A DNA stretch of 52,188 nt from an uncultured Acidimicrobiales bacterium. Lineage in GTDB: Bacteria > Actinomycetota > Acidimicrobiia > Acidimicrobiales > SHLQ01. The position numbers were made by a program, and so were the translations under genes. Position 1 is the first letter of the stretch; each line of letters begins with the position of its first letter. Positions 44,759 through 52,188 of the stretch are shown piece after piece. A model generated the notes under the pieces. It had not been told where the DNA came from, searched no databases, and worked only from the letters and a program-made list of their open reading frames with translations. The stretch is taken from positions 3,456-55,643 of the forward strand of contig CAZBTI010000004.1 of the NCBI GenBank assembly GCA_964494395.1, given 5' to 3'.

Positions 44759-44874
44759 TACGACGACTTCCACATGTGGCGAACAACTCATTCTAGGCCA
44801 TTGCGGCTGTTCGCCCTGCGTGGGACGGCGTGGTCAGTAGTCACCCCGGCACAGATCGCGCGTATTATCAGCTC

Positions 44875-45846
44875 ATGACGTTTTCGGTAGACACCGTCGA
44901 CCTTGCCAGCAGAACGGCTGCTGCTGACTTCGAGCGGGCAATTCGCGCGACCGGGTTCGTGCAGCTCGTGGGACACGACCTCGATTCGGTCAGACGACAG
45001 TCCTGCTACGACGCGATCGGGTCGTTCTTCGAACTTGATCCAGAGGTCAAGTCGCACTACATCCACCCCGATTCTGCAGCGAATCGAGGGTACCGAGCAA
45101 AGGGCAGCGAAGCGCTGGCATACAGCCTCGGCAAGGAGTCTCCGCCAGATCTATTCGAGAGCTTCAACGCTGCTCCTGAACCGATTGAGCCAACGCTCCT
45201 CCAACAGGCAACGCCGTGGCCTGATGGCGAAATCGCCGGATTCTCCGACGCGGTTCTTGCGCACTACGCCGAATTGGCGGCGCTCGCGAACCGCATCGAC
45301 ACCATGATCGATGGCCTGCTCGGAATCGACTGGCTCGCCGACCGGTCCGGGGCAGGCACCGACATGTTGGCTTCGATCAAGTACTCACCCGGACCTGACG
45401 GAACCGAACAAACCGTCGAAGGCCAGCAGCGGATGGGAGCCCACACCGACTATTCGGCCTTCACGATCCTCGACGCCGATCCACTACCCGGACTCCAGTT
45501 GGTGAGCCCGGACAACGAATGGGTAGATGTGATCCCCGACGAAGAGGCGGTGTTGTTGAACATTGGAGACATGCTCGCCGTCATGACGAACAACGAGTGG
45601 CCCTCGACGCTCCATCGGGTCGTCCCCATGAGTAAGGGTGCAGCGCCGTTCCGTCGATCGGCAGCGTTCTTCCACTACCCGAACCTCGACGTTGAGGTCG
45701 CGACCCTCGATTCGTTCGTCACCGACGACCGACCAGCGAGCTACGAACCCCTCGTCGTCGGCGAGCACCTGATGGACAAACTCCTCGCCCCCAAGGACAA
45801 GGTCCGATCGACGGGCACCAACACCACCGCGGGTCGGGAGATCTAG
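44875..45846 (+). CDS. 2OG-Fe(II) oxygenase, isopenicillin-N-synthase-like family
   Basis: GFVQLVGH N-terminal region, HTDYSAFTIL (HxD) and WPSTLHRVV (distal His). ATG 44875 is preferred over GTG 44830. Confidence 0.8.
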   Translation: MTFSVDTVDLASRTAAADFERAIRATGFVQLVGHDLDSVRRQSCYDAIGSFFELDPEVKSHYIHPDSAANRGYRAKGSEALAYSLGKESPPDLFESFNAAPEPIEPTLLQQATPWPDGEIAGFSDAVLAHYAELAALANRIDTMIDGLLGIDWLADRSGAGTDMLASIKYSPGPDGTEQTVEGQQRMGAHTDYSAFTILDADPLPGLQLVSPDNEWVDVIPDEEAVLLNIGDMLAVMTNNEWPSTLHRVVPMSKGAAPFRRSAAFFHYPNLDVEVATLDSFVTDDRPASYEPLVVGEHLMDKLLAPKDKVRSTGTNTTAGREI

Positions 45847-45896
45847 ACGGTCATTCCTCGCCTACGAGAACGGGCGTTGCTACGTTCAACACCGGC

Positions 45897-47876
45897 TCAG
45901 ATGAGCAGGGCGTCGGTGTGGATGTCGACCAGTGCTGGACCATCGTGCTTGAGCGCTTGGTCGATTGCGTCGTGCAGGTCTTCGAGCTTGGTGATCGTGA
46001 AGCCCTTAATGCCGCACAATTCGGCCATCTTGCCAAAGTCTGGGTTGAGCAATTCGGTCTGCCACACACTCCACTCGGCGGCGAGCTGTTCCTTGGAGAT
46101 CTTTCCGAGCTCGCCATTGTTCATCAGGATGTGGGTGATGTTCATGTCGTACTTGGCGAGAGTGGTGAGCTCCATTGCGTATTGGCCAAGCCCACCGTCA
46201 CCGCTGATGCTCACGACCTGGCGAGAGTCGCCAACCGCTGCCCACGCACCCATGGCAGCGGGGAGGGCAAAGCCGATCGAACCCAGATACCCGGACATGA
46301 GCACGTCCTGGCCGGCGCTCGATTCGAAGTAGCGTCCGAACGAGTAGGTGTTGTTGCCAACGTCGACGGCGATTACGGCCTCTTCATCGACGAGTTCGGT
46401 GAGCGACTTCATGACCGCCGCGGCGCTCATTCCGTCACCGGCATTGTCGTGACGGCGGCGTGCCTTCTCGGCGCGCCAGATTTCCCAACGCTCGGCGATT
46501 TCGCCGCGCAGGTCCATGCACTTGCGATCGTCGGGGATGGCCTCGGCCATTTTCTTGGCAGTCACCGCGGCGTGGCCAAGGAGCGGAACGTCGACCGAGT
46601 GGAACTTGCCGAGCGACATTGGATCGGTGTCGATCTGAATGATGGGCTTGTAGTCGGCAATTCCGGTGTGGTTCGAGAAGCTTGCGCCAAAGGCGATGAC
46701 GAGGTCGCTCTCGTTCATGAACCAGCTGGCGATTGGAGTGCCCGACCTGCCGAGAACACCACATCCCAGCGGGTGATCGTCGCCCACGAGGCCCTTGCCC
46801 TTGAACGAGGTCACCACCGGTGCGCCGATTTCTTCGGCGAGCACCATGACCTCGTCCATGCTGCCGCGCGTGCCGTTGCCTACGACGATCAGTGGGCGCT
46901 CGGCCCCAGCGATCATGTCGATGGCCTTCTGTAGCTCATCTGCGGGTGGGGAGATCTCCATCGAGCCTGTGCGTCCCTCGGGGCCGCCAGCCTCGACGTC
47001 GTCACCAACGGGCAAGTGCTGGACTTCATCGGGGAAGACCAGTTGCGTCACGTTGCGTTCGACGATCGCAGTCTTCATTGCAAGGTTTGCGAGTTCGGCG
47101 TGGTCCGAGGCTGCGTGGACGGTTTCGCTAAAGACAGCAACGTCTGCGAACGCTGCCTCGAGGTCGGTGTCCTGAAACGCTCCACGTCCTTTGACGTCGG
47201 ATGGCACTTGGCCACAGAGAGCGATCACCGGTGCGCGGTCTTCCTTGGCGTCGTAGAGGCCGGTGAGCAGGTTGGTCGAGCCGGGACCGGCAATTCCGAA
47301 GCAGCCAGCGACTCCGCCGGTGAGCTTTCCGTAGGCCGTGGCTGCAAATGCGGCCGCGCCCTCGTGGCGAATGCCGACGAAGGTGAGGTGGCCTCGTTCT
47401 TCTGCTTTGCGCATCGCGTCGGCGAGGCCAAGGTTCGAGTGCCCGACCATGCCAAACACATGGGTCATACCCCAGTTGACCATTGTTTCGATCATGACGT
47501 CAGAGACGGTGCGGGGGAGCGGTGGTGGAGTGGGCAACGACACGTAGACGCCGTCCTCTCGCACCTCGGTGGTGAAACACGCTGGAGCGTCGGAGAACCC
47601 TTCTGGGGGCTTGCCGGTGAGTGGGGAGTAATCAAAGCCATGCCATGGGCAGCGGAGCCAGCCCTTTTCGATCGAGCCTTCGCCGAGGGGTCCGCCCTGG
47701 TGAGGACACGCATTGTCGATGCAGCCGAACTGTCCGTCGTAGTGGCTGACCGCATAGGTCTGCGCACCAACCGAGACCGTCATGACTCGGCCTTCGTCAA
47801 GCTCTCCGGGCTTGAGAATGCGATGCCACTCGTAGTCCTGGCCGTCTTGTCCGTCATCTTCGGTACTCATATTCAA
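45897..47876 (-). CDS. Fusion: N-terminal Rieske [2Fe-2S] domain + thiamine-diphosphate enzyme (pyruvate oxidase / acetolactate synthase-like)
   Basis: [11 protein letters not shown]...RCPWHGFDY is the CxH...CxxH Rieske signature. ThDP N-domain ([10 protein letters not shown]...[11 protein letters not shown]...[10 protein letters not shown]), middle domain and C-domain [12 protein letters not shown]...ILMNNG follow. Confidence 0.8.
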   Translation of the reverse strand: MNMSTEDDGQDGQDYEWHRILKPGELDEGRVMTVSVGAQTYAVSHYDGQFGCIDNACPHQGGPLGEGSIEKGWLRCPWHGFDYSPLTGKPPEGFSDAPACFTTEVREDGVYVSLPTPPPLPRTVSDVMIETMVNWGMTHVFGMVGHSNLGLADAMRKAEERGHLTFVGIRHEGAAAFAATAYGKLTGGVAGCFGIAGPGSTNLLTGLYDAKEDRAPVIALCGQVPSDVKGRGAFQDTDLEAAFADVAVFSETVHAASDHAELANLAMKTAIVERNVTQLVFPDEVQHLPVGDDVEAGGPEGRTGSMEISPPADELQKAIDMIAGAERPLIVVGNGTRGSMDEVMVLAEEIGAPVVTSFKGKGLVGDDHPLGCGVLGRSGTPIASWFMNESDLVIAFGASFSNHTGIADYKPIIQIDTDPMSLGKFHSVDVPLLGHAAVTAKKMAEAIPDDRKCMDLRGEIAERWEIWRAEKARRRHDNAGDGMSAAAVMKSLTELVDEEAVIAVDVGNNTYSFGRYFESSAGQDVLMSGYLGSIGFALPAAMGAWAAVGDSRQVVSISGDGGLGQYAMELTTLAKYDMNITHILMNNGELGKISKEQLAAEWSVWQTELLNPDFGKMAELCGIKGFTITKLEDLHDAIDQALKHDGPALVDIHTDALLI

Positions 47877-47958
47877 AACCCGTTTCGGAAGTTACGAGCG
47901 GAATCATAGTGCGGCGGTGTTGATGGTGACACTTCCAGTCGATGGTAGAAATACCGTC

Positions 47959-48240
47959 ATGTTGAACGTGAACGAATACTTCGAAGGAAATGTGAAGTCC
48001 ATTGGTTTCCAGGGCGATCTGCTGGCCTCATCGGTGGGGGTGATGGCTCCGGGCGAGTACGAGTTTGGCACCAGCCAGAACGAAGTCATGACGGTGATCG
48101 CGGGCGAGCTCGTGGTGTCGTTGCCCGGTCGCGACGACTTTGCCTCCTACCCAGCGGGCAGCTCATTCGAGGTAGCAGCCAACGAGAAGTTCCAACTGAA
48201 AGTAGCTACCGAGACCGCGTATCTCTGCACCTACGAGTAG
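47959..48240 (+). CDS. ppnP: Pyrimidine/purine nucleoside phosphorylase PpnP (UPF0345/DUF1255)
   Basis: [17 protein letters not shown]...[12 protein letters not shown]...[10 protein letters not shown]...YLCTYE is colinear with the E. coli YaiE/PpnP pattern. The start is set at the conserved MLxxNEYF. Confidence 0.85.
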   Translation: MLNVNEYFEGNVKSIGFQGDLLASSVGVMAPGEYEFGTSQNEVMTVIAGELVVSLPGRDDFASYPAGSSFEVAANEKFQLKVATETAYLCTYE

Positions 48241-48303
48241 TTGAGGTCTGACCCCAACAGCGCTTTCCGCGGATGTCCGCCGGAAGTGGGGACATGTGGG
48301 CAA

Positions 48304-49665
48304 TCAGGCGGAGAAGAGTAGCCAGAGGCCGGCTACCGAGTAGAGGACCATCACAAACAACATGGTTTGTTGGCTCTTGACAGCACGGCGGTGCTCGAAG
48401 CGGGTGATGGCCAGATCGTGGGCATAGAGCACGGCGAGGACGTGGCCGCCGACAATCGATAGAGCTTGGATCCACGATACGAGGTCGACGTTGATCAGGT
48501 TGAGGTCGACCACGCCAGCAGCGTTTCCAAAGAAGTCGGTTGTCGGTTCGCCCTGGGCGTTGAAGTTTCCGAACGGGTTCGAGAGACGGAACAGGAAGCT
48601 CTGCGATTGATCGACGAGCAACTGGGCATAGTGCGCTACCGCATACGCCCAGACGATTGGCACGAGTGATGGTGCGAACATATTGGCGGCGTCGTCTTGG
48701 GAGACACCGGTGACTTTGGCGGTTGCCCGAGATCCGGTCCAGTAGACGATCGCTGCGACGAGGATCATCGCGATCAGGCCGATGGTCAGCGCCGGCACGG
48801 CGTTCCACCCGTTCGGGCGTCCAATGAGGTCGGTGTAGATGGGGCTCTCGCTAAATCCGTCAAAGGATGTTCCGCCCAGGATGGTCAGGATCAGGAGCAT
48901 CGTTCCTGGCCGTACCGTCACCGTCGACAACCCCGACAACGGAAGGCGGAACGCCAAGTCCTTGTTCTCATCGACGTACAGCGGAGAGATCGCGGCGATC
49001 AGCGTGAAGGCAATGCCAAATCCGTCGGCCCGATCGAGCCACACCCGGCCGTAGCGGGCCATGCCGCCGATCATGACAGCGGAGTACACAACGATGCTCC
49101 AACCGAGGATGCGGGGGCTATCGCCGCTCGGGTGGGCAAGTTCGAGAAAGAGGAACCCGAACATGAGAGCGACTGCTACCCATTGGTGGTTGGGCGCAGC
49201 ATCTTCGTCTCCTTCCGGGAAGAGGAGTCCGATGGTGTTGAAGGGGTTCAGCGCCTTCCAGATATCGCCGAATAACGCTGCTCCTACCGGTATGGCCACC
49301 CACAACATGACATAGATGGTGACCGGCGCCAGGTTGATGCTCTCACCGCCGATGTCGGTACCGAACAGCGCTGCAGCTGTCGTCAAAAGGAAGATCCCCA
49401 TGCCGACGACCCGAGCTACGCCGGTTCCGGCTTTCACCAGAACAGACGAGCCAGGAATCGCACGGCCTTGGGTGTTTGCGCTCAGCTTTGGAGACTTCCA
49501 CAACGCTCCGAGTCCAGCGAACGACAGCACGAGCGCCGCAACCGCTGCCCAACTGAACTGCCAGAGAGGAAGGGGGAGGGTGCCACGTGATCCAATGCCA
49601 TGGGCGAGGATCAATTGAGGCGCGCTCCACCCCATCTCTACACCTGAGAGCGTTTGGGTGATCAT
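48304..49665 (-). CDS. Polytopic membrane protein of unknown function
   Basis: 453 aa with at least 10 hydrophobic segments. N-terminal AHGIGSRGTLPLPLWQF motif. It starts 24 nt downstream of the lipoprotein gene on the same strand. Confidence 0.6.
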   Translation of the reverse strand: MITQTLSGVEMGWSAPQLILAHGIGSRGTLPLPLWQFSWAAVAALVLSFAGLGALWKSPKLSANTQGRAIPGSSVLVKAGTGVARVVGMGIFLLTTAAALFGTDIGGESINLAPVTIYVMLWVAIPVGAALFGDIWKALNPFNTIGLLFPEGDEDAAPNHQWVAVALMFGFLFLELAHPSGDSPRILGWSIVVYSAVMIGGMARYGRVWLDRADGFGIAFTLIAAISPLYVDENKDLAFRLPLSGLSTVTVRPGTMLLILTILGGTSFDGFSESPIYTDLIGRPNGWNAVPALTIGLIAMILVAAIVYWTGSRATAKVTGVSQDDAANMFAPSLVPIVWAYAVAHYAQLLVDQSQSFLFRLSNPFGNFNAQGEPTTDFFGNAAGVVDLNLINVDLVSWIQALSIVGGHVLAVLYAHDLAITRFEHRRAVKSQQTMLFVMVLYSVAGLWLLFSA

Positions 49666-49689
49666 TTGCTGAGCGTGTTCAGCTCGACG

Positions 49690-50583
49690 CTACGAAACGG
49701 CGAGTTCGGCAATGAACAGTCCGGACTGTTCGAACTCGATTTCGAAGCGTCCGGGGATGTTTGCCGTGAAGGTGATCAACGCATCCTCGTCAGGTGCGAC
49801 GTCGGCGAAGATGTCGTAGCCATGGACGTGGACTTCCTCGGCTGCATCGGAGGTAACGGTCACCATGACCACGTCGCCTTCAGCAATTTCGACACGGTCA
49901 TCGCCACCGAGTTGGACTTCGCCGTTTGCGAAGTTTGCGGCGATTGCGACATCGACCGCCGGTGCCTCGGGCTCTTCACCCACACCGGTAACGGTGACGC
50001 CGGCTCGAATTGGCTCGCCATCCAGCGTGTACGCCCGATGGTTGTTCGAGTTCAACTCGACCTCGACGAGGTGTTCGCCTTCTGGCACGTCGATCTCAAT
50101 CTCGAGATCGGTGAACCGGTCGATGCGCTCACCGTCGATGAGGAAGTGCATGTGCCCTTCGTTGTCGATTGGGTCGTCGTCGATGTTCTCCGGGGTTGGG
50201 GTGAAGTTCTCGAGAGCGACAGTGAGGGCAAAGGTGCCCGGGGTGTCGGTCTCGGTCAGCTCGACCTCAACGGCGGGAATTGGCAGGCTTGCATCGACCT
50301 CGATGCCGGTGGCGTGATCGTGGTCGTGTCCATTTCCTTCTTCATCGGCGTGGTCGTCGCCATGTTCGACTGCTTCCATGTCCTCCATGGCGTCGTCGTC
50401 CATGTCTTCCATCGCGTCGTCTTCGATGGTCTCATCTTCTATGACAACATCATCGACTTCGGTAACGGCGGCGACATCGGCCGCGGCAGTGGTGGTCGTT
50501 TCCGCAGCGCTTCCACAGGCCGCAGCGACGAGCGCTACGGCAAGGAGTACGCCAAACGGGCGTACTGTTAACTTGTTCCACAT
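49690..50583 (-). CDS. Lipoprotein with a His/Asp/Glu-rich tether, a DUF4399-like domain and a cupredoxin-like C-terminal domain (putative metal binding)
   Basis: MWNKLTVRPFGVLLAVALVAAACGS is the lipobox. The tether is DDAMEDMDDDAMEDMEAVEHGDDHADEEGNGHDHDH. GHMHFLIDG...GEHLVEVELNSNNH follows the DUF4399-like pattern. GDVVMVTVTSDAAEEVHVHGYD...IPGRFEIEFE looks like a cupredoxin-like sandwich. Domain calls are by motif memory only. Confidence 0.6.
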   Translation of the reverse strand: MWNKLTVRPFGVLLAVALVAAACGSAAETTTTAAADVAAVTEVDDVVIEDETIEDDAMEDMDDDAMEDMEAVEHGDDHADEEGNGHDHDHATGIEVDASLPIPAVEVELTETDTPGTFALTVALENFTPTPENIDDDPIDNEGHMHFLIDGERIDRFTDLEIEIDVPEGEHLVEVELNSNNHRAYTLDGEPIRAGVTVTGVGEEPEAPAVDVAIAANFANGEVQLGGDDRVEIAEGDVVMVTVTSDAAEEVHVHGYDIFADVAPDEDALITFTANIPGRFEIEFEQSGLFIAELAVS

Positions 50584-50676
50584 GAGAGTGGTCCTTTCAT
50601 TCGGTTGTTCAGAGTTGACGTTTCGCATCGCAGAACTGCCAGAGAGGTGAAGTCCTGCGCACGCGAGCTGGCACGT

Positions 50677-51213
50677 TCAGCTCAGAGGTGGGCCTCGGCG
50701 GCACACCACCGATGAAAGGGTGGAGGTTGGGATGAGTGCGAGAGAGGTAGCGCCGAGCGAACAGCTCAGACCGGCTGTTGTGGCCGGAGTCTTCGGGGCA
50801 CTTTCGATAAAGCGTGCAACGGCGGTTTCGATGGATCGAAGTGACCACGAGAGTGCCGCGGCGACAAGGGGAGCGACGGCAAGGCCGAGCCAGAATACCG
50901 GCTCGCTGAAGATTGCTGTGGCCCCGTAGCCATCGAGCGCTCGCTCGAACTGCTCCATCAGGAAGTAGCCGCCTGAAATTGCCGCTGCAAGGTGCAAGAC
51001 ATTGCCGGGCTGATGGTTGCGACGCGCAAGGCTGCTGACTATCGCTTTGGCGAGGAGCCCGAGAACAGCGAGGGATCCAATCAGCCACGCAACCTTTACG
51101 TGGCCGTGGGCGATCGAACTTTCGTAGCCAACGGCGGCCGATGCGAGGTAGGCCGCTTCGTGCGCGATCAGGACACCGAGAAAGGCGAGGAGTACCGAAT
51201 CAACGCGCGTCAT
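50677..51213 (-). CDS. Small membrane protein with His-containing TM segments, unknown function
   Basis: From the internal Met: MTRVDSVLLAFLGVLIAHEAAYL...SIAHGHVKVAWLIG. About four hydrophobic segments. The listed start 51303 adds a Pro/Ala-rich leader. Confidence 0.45.
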   Translation of the reverse strand: MTRVDSVLLAFLGVLIAHEAAYLASAAVGYESSIAHGHVKVAWLIGSLAVLGLLAKAIVSSLARRNHQPGNVLHLAAAISGGYFLMEQFERALDGYGATAIFSEPVFWLGLAVAPLVAAALSWSLRSIETAVARFIESAPKTPATTAGLSCSLGATSLALIPTSTLSSVVCRRGPPLS

Positions 51214-51485
51214 GATCCTCAGGATAGGGCGCTCCGGGGCTGAAGGCGTGGCGGGCATCGTCAGTGGTTGGCACCGGGCGGGCTGAGGGCTCAGTCGGGT
51301 CACCGAGACGAGTCATTTCGCCATGATTTCATTGAGAAATTGTGCAACTAGGTCGTTTGGACCACGCGTAGGCCAAACGGATTCGCTGCTTGGCGAACCC
51401 TTACATCGCAAAGGGTTACTCCGAAAGATTCTGGAGCGGCGAGAACGATCCCGCCCCCACGATCGCCGTTTAAGGGAGTTCACAG

Positions 51486-52188
51486 ATGGCATTTGATAAG
51501 AAAAAGCACCCATACGGTCCAGGCTCACACGCCCCTCTTGAGGACGCGAAGGAGATGCCGGGCTGCTATCCAATCAAGGGCAACGAAGACTCGATGCTCT
51601 ACCACCGCCCTGACTCTCAGAGCTACAAGGTGACCAAGCCAGAGGTCTGGTTCGACTCGCCTAGCGCAGCTGAAGAAGCTGGCTTCACACTCGCACCTCG
51701 TCACAAGAAGGACAGCGTTGGATCTGACTATGAGCCAGGTGGCGCTGAGCACCCATGCAGTGAAGCTGATGTGAAAGCCAACCGCGCGGCGGTCGGCGGA
51801 GCATCTGCAACGTCCGGTTCGGGATCGAAGAAGGTCTCGGGCAAGGCAGCCGATGCGAAGAGCGAGGTCAAGGCCGACGCAGTCGATTCTGACATGTCGA
51901 TCAGCGCAGATGCTGACGACGCAAAGATCGGTGGCAAGGCAGCCGCGGCGGGGGCTGCTGGCATCGCCGGAGCTGCTGGACTTGCTGCTTCGAAGGGTGG
52001 CGACGCAAAGGACTCCATTACCGAGACCACCAAGGCCTCGAAGAAGGACATCGACCTCGATTCCGCGAAGAAGGACGTCAAGGCCTCGAAGAAGGACATC
52101 GACCTCGATTCCGCGAAGAAGGATGTCAAGGCTTCGAAGAAGGACATCGACCTCGATTCCGCGAAGAAGGATGTCAAGGCTTCGAAGA
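51486..52188 (+). CDS. Partial CDS: protein with an N-terminal sunset-type small domain and a Lys/Asp-rich repeat region (runs off the window)
   Basis: It is absent from the ORF track because no stop is reached. ATG 51486 is preceded by aagggag. GCYPIKGNEDSMLYHRPDSQSYKVTKPEVWFDSPSAAEEAGF matches the IKGN...YH.P...Y...F.S...A..AGF module. An Ala/Gly-rich stretch and KASKKDIDLDSAKKDV repeats follow. Confidence 0.65.
   Translation, partial: MAFDKKKHPYGPGSHAPLEDAKEMPGCYPIKGNEDSMLYHRPDSQSYKVTKPEVWFDSPSAAEEAGFTLAPRHKKDSVGSDYEPGGAEHPCSEADVKANRAAVGGASATSGSGSKKVSGKAADAKSEVKADAVDSDMSISADADDAKIGGKAAAAGAAGIAGAAGLAASKGGDAKDSITETTKASKKDIDLDSAKKDVKASKKDIDLDSAKKDVKASKKDIDLDSAKKDVKASK
52035..52188 (+). repeat. 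48-bp in-frame tandem repeat, at least 3.2 copies, truncated by the window edge
   Basis: Units start at 52035, 52083 and 52131, with only synonymous-type differences (gac/gat, gcc/gct). Each encodes ASKKDIDLDSAKKDVK. Confidence 0.9.

Noticed and set aside
45918-47909. Two long plus-strand ORFs (45918-46934 and 47016-47909)
   Set aside because: Both are antisense to the Rieske::ThDP gene, whose motifs are unambiguous. Their composition is Val/Gly/Asp/His-rich mirror sequence.
49654-50571. 305-aa plus-strand ORF
   Set aside because: It is antisense to the lipoprotein gene, which has a lipobox, a signal peptide and domain-like motifs. The plus-strand product has none.
51304-51485. Two 7-bp stems (cgtttgg/ccaaacg and aaccctt/aagggtt) in the leader of the repeat-protein gene
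   Set aside because: The stems are short, and I recognise no riboswitch or known leader family. Noted only as a possible 5' UTR structure.
51728-52177. 149-aa minus-strand ORF with MSFFEALTSFFAESRS repeats
   Set aside because: It is the mirror image of the plus-strand repeat gene. The plus strand has an RBS and ATG, a conserved-looking N-terminal domain, and stays open to the window edge. The minus ORF has no such support.
52035-52188. Possible CRISPR array or satellite
   Set aside because: The 48-bp units are directly contiguous with no spacers, are in frame, and differ only at third-codon positions. They are a coding tandem repeat.
1-52188. Mobile genetic element or genomic island boundaries around the accessory blocks
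   Set aside because: I found no integrase, transposase, recombinase, tRNA gene or flanking direct repeats. The blocks are therefore reported as synteny interruptions, not as mobile elements.

Overview
High-GC chromosomal segment whose gene content and order look like Actinomycetota; the class cannot be fixed from sequence alone. A housekeeping backbone runs on the + strand: truB-ribF ... rpsO-pnp ... M16 peptidase ... dapB ... dapA-rnj-ftsK ... rimO-pgsA-cinA. A mixed-orientation region follows: MaoC dehydratase, msrB, dapD, an orphan sugar-type ABC ATPase, a GH1 beta-glucosidase, a DEAD-box helicase with an NYN nuclease, a 2OG oxygenase, a Rieske::ThDP-enzyme fusion, ppnP, a putative metal-handling membrane/lipoprotein trio, and a repeat-bearing protein that runs off the right edge. 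Accessory blocks interrupt the backbone. The largest (about 1.95-15.1 kb, between ribF and rpsO) holds a GT-C membrane transferase, an exported ADP-ribosylglycohydrolase-like protein, a truncated B12-radical-SAM gene, a methyltransferase and an amino-acid ABC importer with no ATPase. It also holds a tightly packed six-gene array: two DoxX-like paralogs, a processive GT2, a DUF2064::GT2 fusion, MTA phosphorylase and an MTA-deaminase-type amidohydrolase. I rank that array as the best candidate for an undescribed system, namely a methylthio-pentose glycoconjugate pathway analogous to the mycobacterial MTX cluster. This is a hypothesis only. Other points worth a second look are the Rieske::ThDP fusion, low-complexity R/G/D-rich extensions on PNPase and the DEAD-box helicase, a perfect 28-bp-arm palindrome after dapB, several gene remnants (PhyH, TetR tail, CPF-type regulator tail), and a His/Asp-rich lipoprotein cluster. 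I saw no rRNA, tRNA, CRISPR array, transposase or integrase. All family calls come from motif recognition by eye. No searches were run, and non-coding coordinates may be off by 1-2 nt.
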